Origin: an uncultured Planctomycetaceae bacterium
Lineage (GTDB): Bacteria; Planctomycetota; Planctomycetia; Planctomycetales; Planctomycetaceae
Direction of reading: 5' to 3'
Assembly (NCBI GenBank): GCA_963976765.1
Contig: CAXBME010000011.1
Span: forward strand, 1 to 64,000
Length of the DNA stretch: 64,000 bases
Shown here: positions 39,456-48,407 of the stretch, in pieces
Layout of the letters: each line of letters begins with the position of its first letter
How positions within the stretch are numbered: the first letter of the stretch is position 1
Notes under the pieces: model-generated
What the model was told of the DNA's origin: nothing
The model's database searches: none
What the model saw: the letters and a program-made list of their open reading frames with translations, nothing else
Made by a program: the position numbers and the translations under genes

Positions 39456-42400
39456 ATGAATACTTTCGCCTGGCTCAAGAGCCTGTCGTCGAATCTCGCG
39501 CCCGCGTCGGCGCCCGGAAAACGTCGCCGATCTTCAAATGCGACTCCACCGGCATCGACCGAACCGCTGGAAATCCGCTCGCTGCTGACCGCGACACCGG
39601 TCCTCGCCCCGCTCGCCGATGTGACGCTCCTGTCCGGCTCGCCGTTGCACATCCCTCTGAACGGTTCCGACGCTGACAACCAGCCGTTGACTTTCTCAGC
39701 AAGCAGCAGTAACTCAGACATCACCACCTACGTACCCGAAGGTAACCGCAGCATCGAGATCGACGTTCAGGATTTCGGCGTGATGACGTTCCAGCTGTTC
39801 GAAGACAAAGCTCCTCGCGCGACCGAGCAGATCATCGAACTGGCGCAAAGTAATTTTTACGACGGCTCCACCTTCCATCGAGTCATCGACAATTTCGTGC
39901 TGCAGGGTGGCGATCCAAACGGCGACCCAGTCGGCACTGGTGGTTCATCACTCGGTGAATTCGACGATCAGTTTCATCCTGATTTGCAGCACAACACTAC
40001 CGGCGTGCTGTCGATGGCCAAGTCCCTCGACGATACGAACGACTCGCAATTCTTCATCACCGAAGGACCACAGAGACATCTTGACTCTCAGCACACAGTA
40101 TTCGGACTGCTTACCACTGGCGAATCTGTCCGCGAAGCAATCAGCGAAACCCCGGTCACAAACTCGGCACCGAACACGCCGGTCATTATCACGTCCTTCA
40201 GCGTCTTCACCGACGTCGAAAATGGCGTGCTGATGCTGAGCGCTCCGGAAGGTTTCACCGGCTCCACCACCATCACCGTCACTGTTTCCGACCCTGACGG
40301 CAACCAGTCGCAACAAACATTTGACGTGACGATTCAGGCCGACACCGTTAACAACCAGCCTTTCCTGACAGACATTCCGTCCGTCAGAACGCTGGTCGAC
40401 ACGCCGACCGAGTTGCAACTCACGCGGGTCGACCTGGAAGGAAACACGGCGACGTTCCTGGATCAGGACCTGCTCGCCGCGAACAACCTGTTCATTCCAG
40501 AAGTCGCCCATGCTGACCTCGATTACCTGGTCAACTCCAGCACTGGCACAACCACAATTACACCGACCAACGGACTGGTCGGAACTCATAATATCACGAC
40601 AGCAGTCGGCGAATTCCCCTCAGCGATCGACTACCAGGTCGTGCCAATTGAGATCGTCGCCACCGCGAGCACCTGGACAGTGTCGACCGATGACCATCCC
40701 AATGGCAACGAAGCCAACGATGGATCGGCGGACACATTCCGAGTCGTCCGCAACGGCACGCGCTTCGAGGTCTACATCAACGACGTGCTGACAGCTCAGG
40801 CCGAAGAAGCATCGGTCACTGACCTTGTCATCAACGGATCAGGCGACGACGACATTCTCATTCTCGATCAATCTGGGGGAAATCCACTTTCAAGTGGCGG
40901 CTTTACCTTCAACGCAGGCGGTGAAACTTCAGCCTATGGAGACCGCATCGACATCCTGAGCGGTACAGTTTCCTCGGTAGTTCACACGTCGTCACTCACT
41001 GTCGCCGGAGCCGGTTCCGTCTCTGTCGACGGAACGACGAACCAGTTCAACGGCATTGAAGGAATCGTCGATCGGCTGGTTGCGACGAACCGAACGTTCA
41101 ACCTGACGAACGCCGCCGAGCAAATCGTCGTTGGCGATGACGAAACACCGGCCAACGGGATTTCTCGAATCAGCAGTAACGGGATTGCTCTGCCGATCGA
41201 CTTTGCGGATCCAACGGGATCGCTGACGATCAACTCGCTCGGAGGCAGGGACGCCGTCACAATTCACGATCTCGACGGCGGCGCGTTCGGCGTCATTCTC
41301 GATGGCGGATCTGGCGACGACGTTCTGATCGGAACCACCGAGAATGACACGCTGATCGGTGGAGCCGGCAATGACATTCTGCTGTCGGGTCCCGGAGACG
41401 ACTTTCTGGATGGCGGTGACGACGCGGACACATTGAACGGCGGCGGTGGGGACGACACGCTGATTGGCGGGGCTGGCGACGACAATCTCGCAGGCGGAAG
41501 TGGGCGAGACAGTCTGCGAGGTGACAGCGGCGATGATCGATTGTTCGGCCAGGGTTCAACGGGTGACACGCTACACGGAGGCGAAGGCGACGACCTGATC
41601 GATGGCGGCGCGGGCGACGACGTTATTTTCGACGAGGCCGATGCCGACTTTACTCTGACGAACACGTCAATGACCGGCAACGGCAACGACACGGTTGCCT
41701 CGGTCGAGCGAGCCATTCTGTTTGGTGGCGAATCTGACAACCGGATTGATACCTCAGCATTTTTCAGTGCGGGACAAACCAGTGTCACGCTGCGAGGTAA
41801 CAGTGGCGACGACACGCTGATCGGCAGCGACATTAACGACGCCCTACTCGGCGACGCTGGCAATGACACGATCGATGGTCGCGCGGGCGACGATAAACTT
41901 TCCGGCGCTTCCGGACGCGACCTGTTGATCGGCGGCGCAGGCAACGATCGACTCCGTGGCCAGGGTGGATCGTTCGACACGCTGATAGGCGGCGAAGGTG
42001 ATGACACGCTCGACGGTGGAGCCGGCATTGACGTCATCATGGAATCAGCCGATGTCGACTTCACGCTGACAAACAGCTCGCTGACGGGACAAGGCACCGA
42101 CATCGTACTGAGCATCGAAACGGCTCATCTCATTGGCGGAGCGAGTGACAACGTCATTGATCTCAGCGGCTTCACCGCGTCTTACCCACCGACTCTGGAT
42201 GGCGGAGCTGGAAACGACCAATTGATCGGCTCCAGCTTCATGGATCTGCTGCGAGGCCAGGATGGCAACGACACTCTGAACGGCGGTGGCGGCAACGACT
42301 TCCTGCAGGGCGGAGCGGGCGATGATCAGATCGTCGGCGGCGACGGAAACGATGGCCTGTCAGGCGGAAGCGGCAACGACACACTCTTCGGAGGTCTCGG

Positions 42401-42638
42401 CAACGACATCATCTTTGGCGGCACGGGCGACGATTCAATCCGAGGCGAAGCCGGTGCTGACACCATCTTTGGCGGCGAGGACTCCGACGACGTCGACGGC
42501 GGCGCAGACACAGATCAGATCGCTGGAGGCTCCGGCGACGGCGCTGCGGACGCTGGCGATGTCGTAACAGGTCTCGCCGAAGAGATAGACGAGACGTTCC
42601 AGTTGACTCCGGTCCCAAACTGGGTCAGCGAGTCCTGA
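39456..42638 (+). CDS. extracellular cyclophilin-type peptidyl-prolyl isomerase fused to RTX-like Ca-binding repeats
   Basis: N-terminal planctomycete export motif EPLEIRSLLT, cyclophilin motifs 'FHRVIDNFVLQGGD', 'LSMAK', 'SQFFIT', 'HTVFG', and many GGxGxDxLx nonapeptides. Confidence 0.88.
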   Translation: MNTFAWLKSLSSNLAPASAPGKRRRSSNATPPASTEPLEIRSLLTATPVLAPLADVTLLSGSPLHIPLNGSDADNQPLTFSASSSNSDITTYVPEGNRSIEIDVQDFGVMTFQLFEDKAPRATEQIIELAQSNFYDGSTFHRVIDNFVLQGGDPNGDPVGTGGSSLGEFDDQFHPDLQHNTTGVLSMAKSLDDTNDSQFFITEGPQRHLDSQHTVFGLLTTGESVREAISETPVTNSAPNTPVIITSFSVFTDVENGVLMLSAPEGFTGSTTITVTVSDPDGNQSQQTFDVTIQADTVNNQPFLTDIPSVRTLVDTPTELQLTRVDLEGNTATFLDQDLLAANNLFIPEVAHADLDYLVNSSTGTTTITPTNGLVGTHNITTAVGEFPSAIDYQVVPIEIVATASTWTVSTDDHPNGNEANDGSADTFRVVRNGTRFEVYINDVLTAQAEEASVTDLVINGSGDDDILILDQSGGNPLSSGGFTFNAGGETSAYGDRIDILSGTVSSVVHTSSLTVAGAGSVSVDGTTNQFNGIEGIVDRLVATNRTFNLTNAAEQIVVGDDETPANGISRISSNGIALPIDFADPTGSLTINSLGGRDAVTIHDLDGGAFGVILDGGSGDDVLIGTTENDTLIGGAGNDILLSGPGDDFLDGGDDADTLNGGGGDDTLIGGAGDDNLAGGSGRDSLRGDSGDDRLFGQGSTGDTLHGGEGDDLIDGGAGDDVIFDEADADFTLTNTSMTGNGNDTVASVERAILFGGESDNRIDTSAFFSAGQTSVTLRGNSGDDTLIGSDINDALLGDAGNDTIDGRAGDDKLSGASGRDLLIGGAGNDRLRGQGGSFDTLIGGEGDDTLDGGAGIDVIMESADVDFTLTNSSLTGQGTDIVLSIETAHLIGGASDNVIDLSGFTASYPPTLDGGAGNDQLIGSSFMDLLRGQDGNDTLNGGGGNDFLQGGAGDDQIVGGDGNDGLSGGSGNDTLFGGLGNDIIFGGTGDDSIRGEAGADTIFGGEDSDDVDGGADTDQIAGGSGDGAADAGDVVTGLAEEIDETFQLTPVPNWVSES

Positions 42639-42668
42639 GAAATCTCAGGCGGATACCAGATTCATTCG

Positions 42669-43565
42669 TCATGCATCGTCGCTGAGTCGGACCAGTTCGC
42701 CGTAGAGCTCCGGACGCCGAGTTCTCAACGTGTAGTTCGGCAGACTTCGTTCAGCGGCCAGCCGGCTGGAGTCCAGCTCGCAGATAATCATCTCGTCGCG
42801 AATCTCGTCGCGCTGCGTTGATGCAAGAACTTCGCCATCTGGAGCAAAGACGATCGCGCCGCCGCAGTGATGCGGTTGCGCGGGTGAACCTGCCGGATAG
42901 GTATCGAGGTGCCCTGCTCTGCCGGCCATGTTTGCGAGCACGGCAAAGCAGGCATTTTCGCGAGCACGCATCGCGTAGCACGACGTGAAAAAGTCGATCG
43001 AGTGCTGACGCGCTGCGGCTGCGGATTCCGGAGTGTCGTCCCACATTCTGATTCGCGCCGCATGAGGCATCAGCAGGACATCGGCTCCCTTCAAAGCAAG
43101 AATCCGGGATACTTCCGGAAACTGATTGTCGTAACAGATGATCGTTCCAACCTTGCAGAAGCCGAGATCGTGAACGTCGATTTCGCGCCCGCCTTTATAG
43201 TAAAGCGTCTCGTCGCGAGACATGTGAATTTTGCGTTGCTTGCCGATGTACCCACCCGGTCCAACCAGAAACTGAGTATTGAAAACGATATCTCGCGGCT
43301 TCTCAGAAATCCCCACTGAAAGCACCAGCCTGTACTTCTTCGCAAGCTGAACGCAACGTTGAACGTTCGGGCCGTCAGGAACAGATTCGGCAAGATCCCA
43401 GGTTTTCGGGTTGCAGTGCGAATGGATCAGCAATTCCGGAAAAAGGACGACTCGAACGTCCGAATCGGCTGCCTTTCGACAGTAATCGTCCATTTGACCA
43501 AAAACCCAGTCGAGTTCATTGAATGGGCTATTCATGCTGACGGCAGCGATTTTGAAAGATTCCAT
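42669..43565 (-). CDS. nitrilase-superfamily carbon-nitrogen hydrolase
   Basis: Catalytic triad motifs FPE, RKIH, ICYD; C-terminal 'RRPELY'. Confidence 0.9.
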   Translation of the reverse strand: MESFKIAAVSMNSPFNELDWVFGQMDDYCRKAADSDVRVVLFPELLIHSHCNPKTWDLAESVPDGPNVQRCVQLAKKYRLVLSVGISEKPRDIVFNTQFLVGPGGYIGKQRKIHMSRDETLYYKGGREIDVHDLGFCKVGTIICYDNQFPEVSRILALKGADVLLMPHAARIRMWDDTPESAAAARQHSIDFFTSCYAMRARENACFAVLANMAGRAGHLDTYPAGSPAQPHHCGGAIVFAPDGEVLASTQRDEIRDEMIICELDSSRLAAERSLPNYTLRTRRPELYGELVRLSDDA

Positions 43566-43615
43566 AGAATTCTCCGGGAGGGTGTCACACCTGGCAGATA
43601 AGACTTGTGCCCTCT

Positions 43616-43667
43616 GGCCGCCGTGAGTTCAACGTCGATGCCCTCGCTCGTTGAACTTACGGCGGCC
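43616..43667. repeat. 19-bp inverted repeat (hairpin)
   Basis: GGCCGCCGTGAGTTCAACG-N14-CGTTGAACTTACGGCGGCC, one G-T pair, followed by a T-rich run on the + strand. Confidence 0.8.
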
Positions 43668-43765
43668 CTTCTTTTTTGGCACTTCCTGTTCATGCACTTC
43701 CAGCTTCTGGTGCCCTGGCGACTTTTGGCAATGTGAATACCGCGCCGACTCCACGCTTCAATGGG

Positions 43766-43805
43766 AAATAAAAACAGCCGGGCATCCATTCAGGACGCCC
43801 GGCTG
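43766..43805 (-). terminator. intrinsic terminator downstream of the DUF309 gene
   Basis: On the minus strand: CAGCCGGGCGTCC-N5-GGATGCCCGGCTG followed by TTTTTATTT. Confidence 0.75.
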
Positions 43806-43837
43806 CTTCTGTTTTCACTTCGAAATTCGATGGCTCA

Positions 43838-44410
43838 CTAGCCAAGCGGGAGTTGTTCCGGCTCGATCACAAACGGGAAAACTTTCACGGGATCACCGGC
43901 TTTGAGCTTGTCCTGATACGGCAACTGTGCCGCACGGTCCGCCGCAAACTGAAGGTGGGTCAGGCGAAGACCGGCATAAACGTCGAGACCGGACTCGGCC
44001 GCAACATCCGCAAAGACTTCTCCAGCCGATGCGGCGTGACGGCGCACTCCGTGAATACTTTTCTCACGGACTTTGACGCCTGCCGCTGAAAGTTTGACCA
44101 GACCTTTCAGAAACCGGCCAACGATCGATTCAGGGTTTGAGGCTCGCCACAGGCGTTCCCATTCTTCGTGGGCTTCCCAGTAGTAGCCGCAGTTGAACAG
44201 GTCGATCGCCAGCAGAAAATTGCGGTTCTCGTGCCAGGCATCGGGATCCAACGCTGCAGGAGTTCGCCCTTTGCGACCGTGGCTGTGCCCGTTCGGGTGC
44301 CGGATGGGATGAGGCGTGCTGGTGGCCGGAATGTATGTGTAAGGCGGAAGCATCGCGGCTGGCAACAGTCGCGGAATCTCGTCCTTCTTTGGCAGAACTT
44401 CACTTACCAA
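43838..44410 (-). CDS. DUF309 domain protein
   Basis: '[21 protein letters not shown]' and '[10 protein letters not shown]'. Confidence 0.88.
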   Translation of the reverse strand: MVSEVLPKKDEIPRLLPAAMLPPYTYIPATSTPHPIRHPNGHSHGRKGRTPAALDPDAWHENRNFLLAIDLFNCGYYWEAHEEWERLWRASNPESIVGRFLKGLVKLSAAGVKVREKSIHGVRRHAASAGEVFADVAAESGLDVYAGLRLTHLQFAADRAAQLPYQDKLKAGDPVKVFPFVIEPEQLPLG

Positions 44411-45091
44411 GAGACTGATCTCCTCAATTTCGTTTGTCGTCTAAAAGACAGAACCCGTGCTCAGTCACAACGTCGCCGTTACGTCAACGAGTTGAGCCAG
44501 GCGAAAATCTGCAACATTCAGAAACGATGTCCAGGCGGTGTCGCGCGGAACCGGTGCATCACACCGAACGAAGCAGTATTCGTCAAAATCAAAATACGCT
44601 CAAAATGGCCAATCCACGAGAGCAATGACAACTTGCTGCAACATCCCTCACATGCAGCAATGTCGGGCAGGACAGACAGACGGCAGATCGCCGAACGCCC
44701 GTGGCAACGCAACCATCATGGTCACGGGGTGGGAATCTCTAAGGTGGGAACCGGGATGAACATCCTCAACAGTTGATCCAAAGCGTCCGGCGTCCGAGAA
44801 GCATATCGAGCCATTTCGAGAAGTTAAGATGTTCTCTCGCCGTCAGGCCCAGAATTCCCGAAATCAAGGCAGATTCAGGGCCACGTCAATCCCGAACAAC
44901 AAAAGTTTACGTTCACAACTGATAATATCGCCCTCAATCAACATTATCAGAGCGACACCGGGAGTCGACATCCAGGTCACGTGCGAGACGGGTGAGACGC
45001 CACTACACTGCGGGCCTTCCAGTTGCCCCAGCAGTTTTCTGCTGCCTGCCAATTATCTCTGCTTGATAAATGCACAAATCGGAGTGCCTCG

Positions 45092-45673
45092 ATGCTTGCG
45101 AAAACCGCAATTCTGAACCCCGTCGTGCTGGCCTTTGTCGCCGGAGCTGTGATTTCGTGGGGAGTTTATGTCCCGACGGTACACCGCGCTGCCGAACAGC
45201 TTCACAGTAGCCTGCGAGCATTTCTGTTCGTCGGAGTCGCCTACTTTCTGACGGCTGTGCTGATCCCGCTCGTGCTGATCTTTCTGTTCAATTACGACCC
45301 CACCACCAAAGGGCAGACCCCGAACTTCAACATCGGCCCAATCTCGTGGGGGGTGGCCGCTGGAATTGCCGGAGCCGCCGGCGCACTTTGCGTCATCTTC
45401 GCCGCAACCAACGCCGGCAAAGGCGGCGCCCTTTACGTCGCCCCTCTTGTGTTTGCCGGAGCGCCGATTATCAACACGATCGTCACGATGACGTTCTTCA
45501 GCCCTGTCAAGAAACTCCCGGAACTCCCGTTCTTCCTTGGCCTGGTTCTCGCCGCAGTCGGAGCCGCCCTGGTCATGATCTACAAGCCAAAGCCCGACAC
45601 CCCTGCTCCGGCTCCAGCAGCAACGGCATCAGTCGCCGCTACTGATGCCCCCGCAGACTCAGCCAATCAGTAA
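45092..45673 (+). CDS. multi-pass membrane protein (possibly DMT/EamA-like)
   Basis: About five hydrophobic helices, 'SWGVYVP', 'APLVFAGAPIINT'. GGAG upstream of ATG 45092. Confidence 0.7.
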   Translation: MLAKTAILNPVVLAFVAGAVISWGVYVPTVHRAAEQLHSSLRAFLFVGVAYFLTAVLIPLVLIFLFNYDPTTKGQTPNFNIGPISWGVAAGIAGAAGALCVIFAATNAGKGGALYVAPLVFAGAPIINTIVTMTFFSPVKKLPELPFFLGLVLAAVGAALVMIYKPKPDTPAPAPAATASVAATDAPADSANQ

Positions 45674-45871
45674 CGATTGGCAAATTCAAACGATTTCACA
45701 CAGGGCAGATTTGGCGTGACGAAATTCGAGAGTTGCGAAACTGATCTTCAATTCACAACTCCGTCAGGCAAAGCCTGCCCCGCAGGCACGCAATCAATTC
45801 TGAACGCACCTGCAGCGACCCGAATCCAGATTTCGGCGACCGCGAATTTCAGCCGCAGCGAATCAGTGGCG

Positions 45872-47218
45872 TCACGGTTGAGTGAATGAGTAGTCCCACG
45901 GAGTGACACCTTCGCCCGAACAGCGAACTTCTTCGAAGTGGTGCATCACTCGGCCAAGCAGTTGAGTCGGGCGTTCGAAGTAGGCGGCCAGTGCCTGTTC
46001 CACTTCAGCGTTGTCGACAGCTTCATCGCGTGATACCGAGTTCGACATGGCGAGAATGTAGAACTGTCCGGACCCCGGCAGCCGGATTTCAAATTCGCCG
46101 CTCTCATCTGCGGTCGAAATATCGCCGCCCAGCGTTCGAATACCGGCGACCGCAAACTGCTGATCCTCGTCCTGGTCGCCAGTTCGCAAACCAATTACTG
46201 ATAGTTTCGCCGTACCCTTTCGCGCTACGGGCAGGGCAAGTACTCGAGCACCGCGGTCGGCTTTTCGATCACCATCAGCGGTTCGATAGGTGATCCGACC
46301 TCGAAACGCCACGTAGCGCCCATCGTTTGCGTCAGTGGGTGCTGTGTCCAGGCGAGCAATTTCCGACTGCTGAGTAACGGCTTCTGGCGAAACCGCTGAG
46401 TCCACCGACGTGGCTGACAATGTCGTGACTCTTCCAATCCAGAATCCAGCCGAAAAGACGACTGCGCAAATCCCGACCGCCGCCCAGATCAGCGTCCCTG
46501 ACAGCACCACCGCCCCTCGAGTCACCTGAGACTCGTCGTCGTACGGACCGATGGCCGTGTTCGCCGATGGTGAGACTGCTGCCGGATCCGCCTCCTGCAC
46601 TGGCTCGTCCGTCGAATCGCCTTCCGTTACGCCAAACTCCGCAGCAGCCAGCAGGCGTTTCCAGGAATTGCCCGCCTGGGCCGTACTTCGCCAGGGGCGA
46701 GCGTCCTTCGATGCATCACTTTCCCCCTCCTTTGAGTCCGGCGAAATCGGCTTTCGAGCGCGGACTCGCGGCGCCAGGTCGATGGGTTCGGGAGCGGGTA
46801 GCGGCTGCAGAACAATCGGCTCCGGCAGTGTCCCAAGGCCAGCAGCCTGAAGTGCATCTCCGAGATCCTGTTTCTTTTCAGGAAGCCGCCCCTCCTCGTG
46901 AGACGAGTCTCCAGACTCCTCGCCTTTGCGATCATCAATAACCCGCCCTTCAACGCCGGTTCCGCCGGCACTTTGAGCAGCACTCCTGAACGGCTCTCCG
47001 CGTGAGGGATTGTCGATCGAGGCCAGCTCGTCGAGCGCCCTGGCCAGCTTGCTGTCACCCATGTCGAGCCCCGGGTCGGGCAGCGGCTTAACCGAGCCAT
47101 CAAGATCAGGAACGCGCAGCGTCCAGCCACAGGTCGGGCAGTCGAAAATCTCGCCAGCTTTCGAGCGGGAGATCCCCAGAAACTGACGACAATGCTGGCA
47201 GCGAAACTTGATGGGCAT
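45872..47218 (-). CDS. bitopic protein: N-terminal zinc ribbon, disordered linker, TM helix, C-terminal beta-sandwich
   Basis: CQHC...CPTC at the N-terminus, TM 'LIWAAVGICAVVFSAGFWIG', C-terminal 'GRITY...ADESGEFEIRLPGSGQFYILAMS'. Confidence 0.75.
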   Translation of the reverse strand: MPIKFRCQHCRQFLGISRSKAGEIFDCPTCGWTLRVPDLDGSVKPLPDPGLDMGDSKLARALDELASIDNPSRGEPFRSAAQSAGGTGVEGRVIDDRKGEESGDSSHEEGRLPEKKQDLGDALQAAGLGTLPEPIVLQPLPAPEPIDLAPRVRARKPISPDSKEGESDASKDARPWRSTAQAGNSWKRLLAAAEFGVTEGDSTDEPVQEADPAAVSPSANTAIGPYDDESQVTRGAVVLSGTLIWAAVGICAVVFSAGFWIGRVTTLSATSVDSAVSPEAVTQQSEIARLDTAPTDANDGRYVAFRGRITYRTADGDRKADRGARVLALPVARKGTAKLSVIGLRTGDQDEDQQFAVAGIRTLGGDISTADESGEFEIRLPGSGQFYILAMSNSVSRDEAVDNAEVEQALAAYFERPTQLLGRVMHHFEEVRCSGEGVTPWDYSFTQP

Positions 47219-47532
47219 CAGGAAGGACTCTTCGAATCGGATACAGTCTTGCCGCCGATCGATGCATCAGCAGATTCAGCACGCTCCACCAGCGCGACAA
47301 CAGCAATCGTCAGGTGTCCAAGCAAAGCCAGAACGTTCATGACAAACACAGTCAAAGCAACGTAAGTCAAACCTCGCACCGCATCGCTGCCGGCCGCGTC
47401 ACCAGCGCCGGACAGGATCAACCCCAGGCACACTGACACCAGAACAACCAAAAGCAGTACAACCGCCGCGTTGAGCAACCAGCTGATTCGTTTTCTGACG
47501 ACTGACAACGTCACTGAAATCTTCTCCCACAA
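47218..47532 (-). CDS. small two-TM membrane protein
   Basis: Two hydrophobic helices; TGATG stop/start coupling to the zinc-ribbon gene. Confidence 0.65.
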   Translation of the reverse strand: MWEKISVTLSVVRKRISWLLNAAVVLLLVVLVSVCLGLILSGAGDAAGSDAVRGLTYVALTVFVMNVLALLGHLTIAVVALVERAESADASIGGKTVSDSKSPS

Positions 47533-47696
47533 TTATTCAACGGTTCCCGACGAGGCCCTTCAGTTTAACGGGGAGCCTGGAGCATCGCGACAATTCGTTA
47601 CCGATTCACCGACAGCTGCCTCAGCTTTCATTCATTCGTCATGTCAGCCAGAATGAACAACTCATATAACGGATGTGAAACCAGCAGGAGTCTTTC

Positions 47697-48350
47697 ATGA
47701 AAATCGCCACAGCCATTATCGCCGTCCTGATGACTCAATGCCTGTTGTCTTTGGCGCATGCTCAGATCGATGACTCGGGCACTGACGCCGAAGACGTGCC
47801 TGGATTTCCGGTTCCGGAACTCCGCAACTACATCCCCGAACTCGCCAAAGCCGTCGATCTGATCGGTCAGAACCGTGTGGAAGATTCGTTCAACTCGCTC
47901 AAGACAGAACTCAATCCCGCCTTTCGACACGAGGGGGCTCACGAGAAGTTTCGCGAAAGCTGGATGAAACTCTTCTTGCAGATCGGTCGGCTGCGGTTGG
48001 AATTCGACTCTTACGACATCGTCGGCTACTACCGCGTTTCCTCCCAGGCATACTTCATTTACGGAACAGCCAACGGAGCGAACGGGCCGGTCATGTTTGA
48101 CTTCCGAGTCTTCCGCTATCGAGGCCGCTGGCACGTTCACGGCTTCAGTTTCAACGTCGCTGGCTGGGAACGAAAACCGGAAATGCACGAAGACAGTGTC
48201 AAACTCGCCAACCCTGTGACGTACGCATTGGGGGCTCGACCGATCGCACAACTTGAACAGCAGATCAACGAACATCAACGCTCGGCAAAGCCGGCAGCCA
48301 GGCTTCTGGCTGCGACGTCAAAGTCACAACTCGAAAACGATGCCAGGTAA
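47697..48350 (+). CDS. secreted hypothetical protein
   Basis: AGGAG RBS, Sec signal ending AHA, globular domain. Confidence 0.75.
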   Translation: MKIATAIIAVLMTQCLLSLAHAQIDDSGTDAEDVPGFPVPELRNYIPELAKAVDLIGQNRVEDSFNSLKTELNPAFRHEGAHEKFRESWMKLFLQIGRLRLEFDSYDIVGYYRVSSQAYFIYGTANGANGPVMFDFRVFRYRGRWHVHGFSFNVAGWERKPEMHEDSVKLANPVTYALGARPIAQLEQQINEHQRSAKPAARLLAATSKSQLENDAR

Positions 48351-48407
48351 TTCAATCAGGATTTCTGTCGGTCAGGTCTCCATTCTCCCGCCCCTGGAAC
48401 ACGCCAA

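Noticed and set aside
41300..42560. RTX toxin or type I secretion island
   Set aside because: Only calcium-binding repeats are present. There is no pore-forming domain, acyltransferase or HlyB/HlyD gene nearby.
44168..44776. 202-aa + strand ORF overlapping DUF309
   Set aside because: Partly antisense to a recognisable gene and has no family motif.
44725..44780. Cobalamin riboswitch suggested by GGGAA..GG..TGAA.ATCC
   Set aside because: No CTG..CCCGCAACTGT or B12 box, and no cobalamin-related gene downstream.
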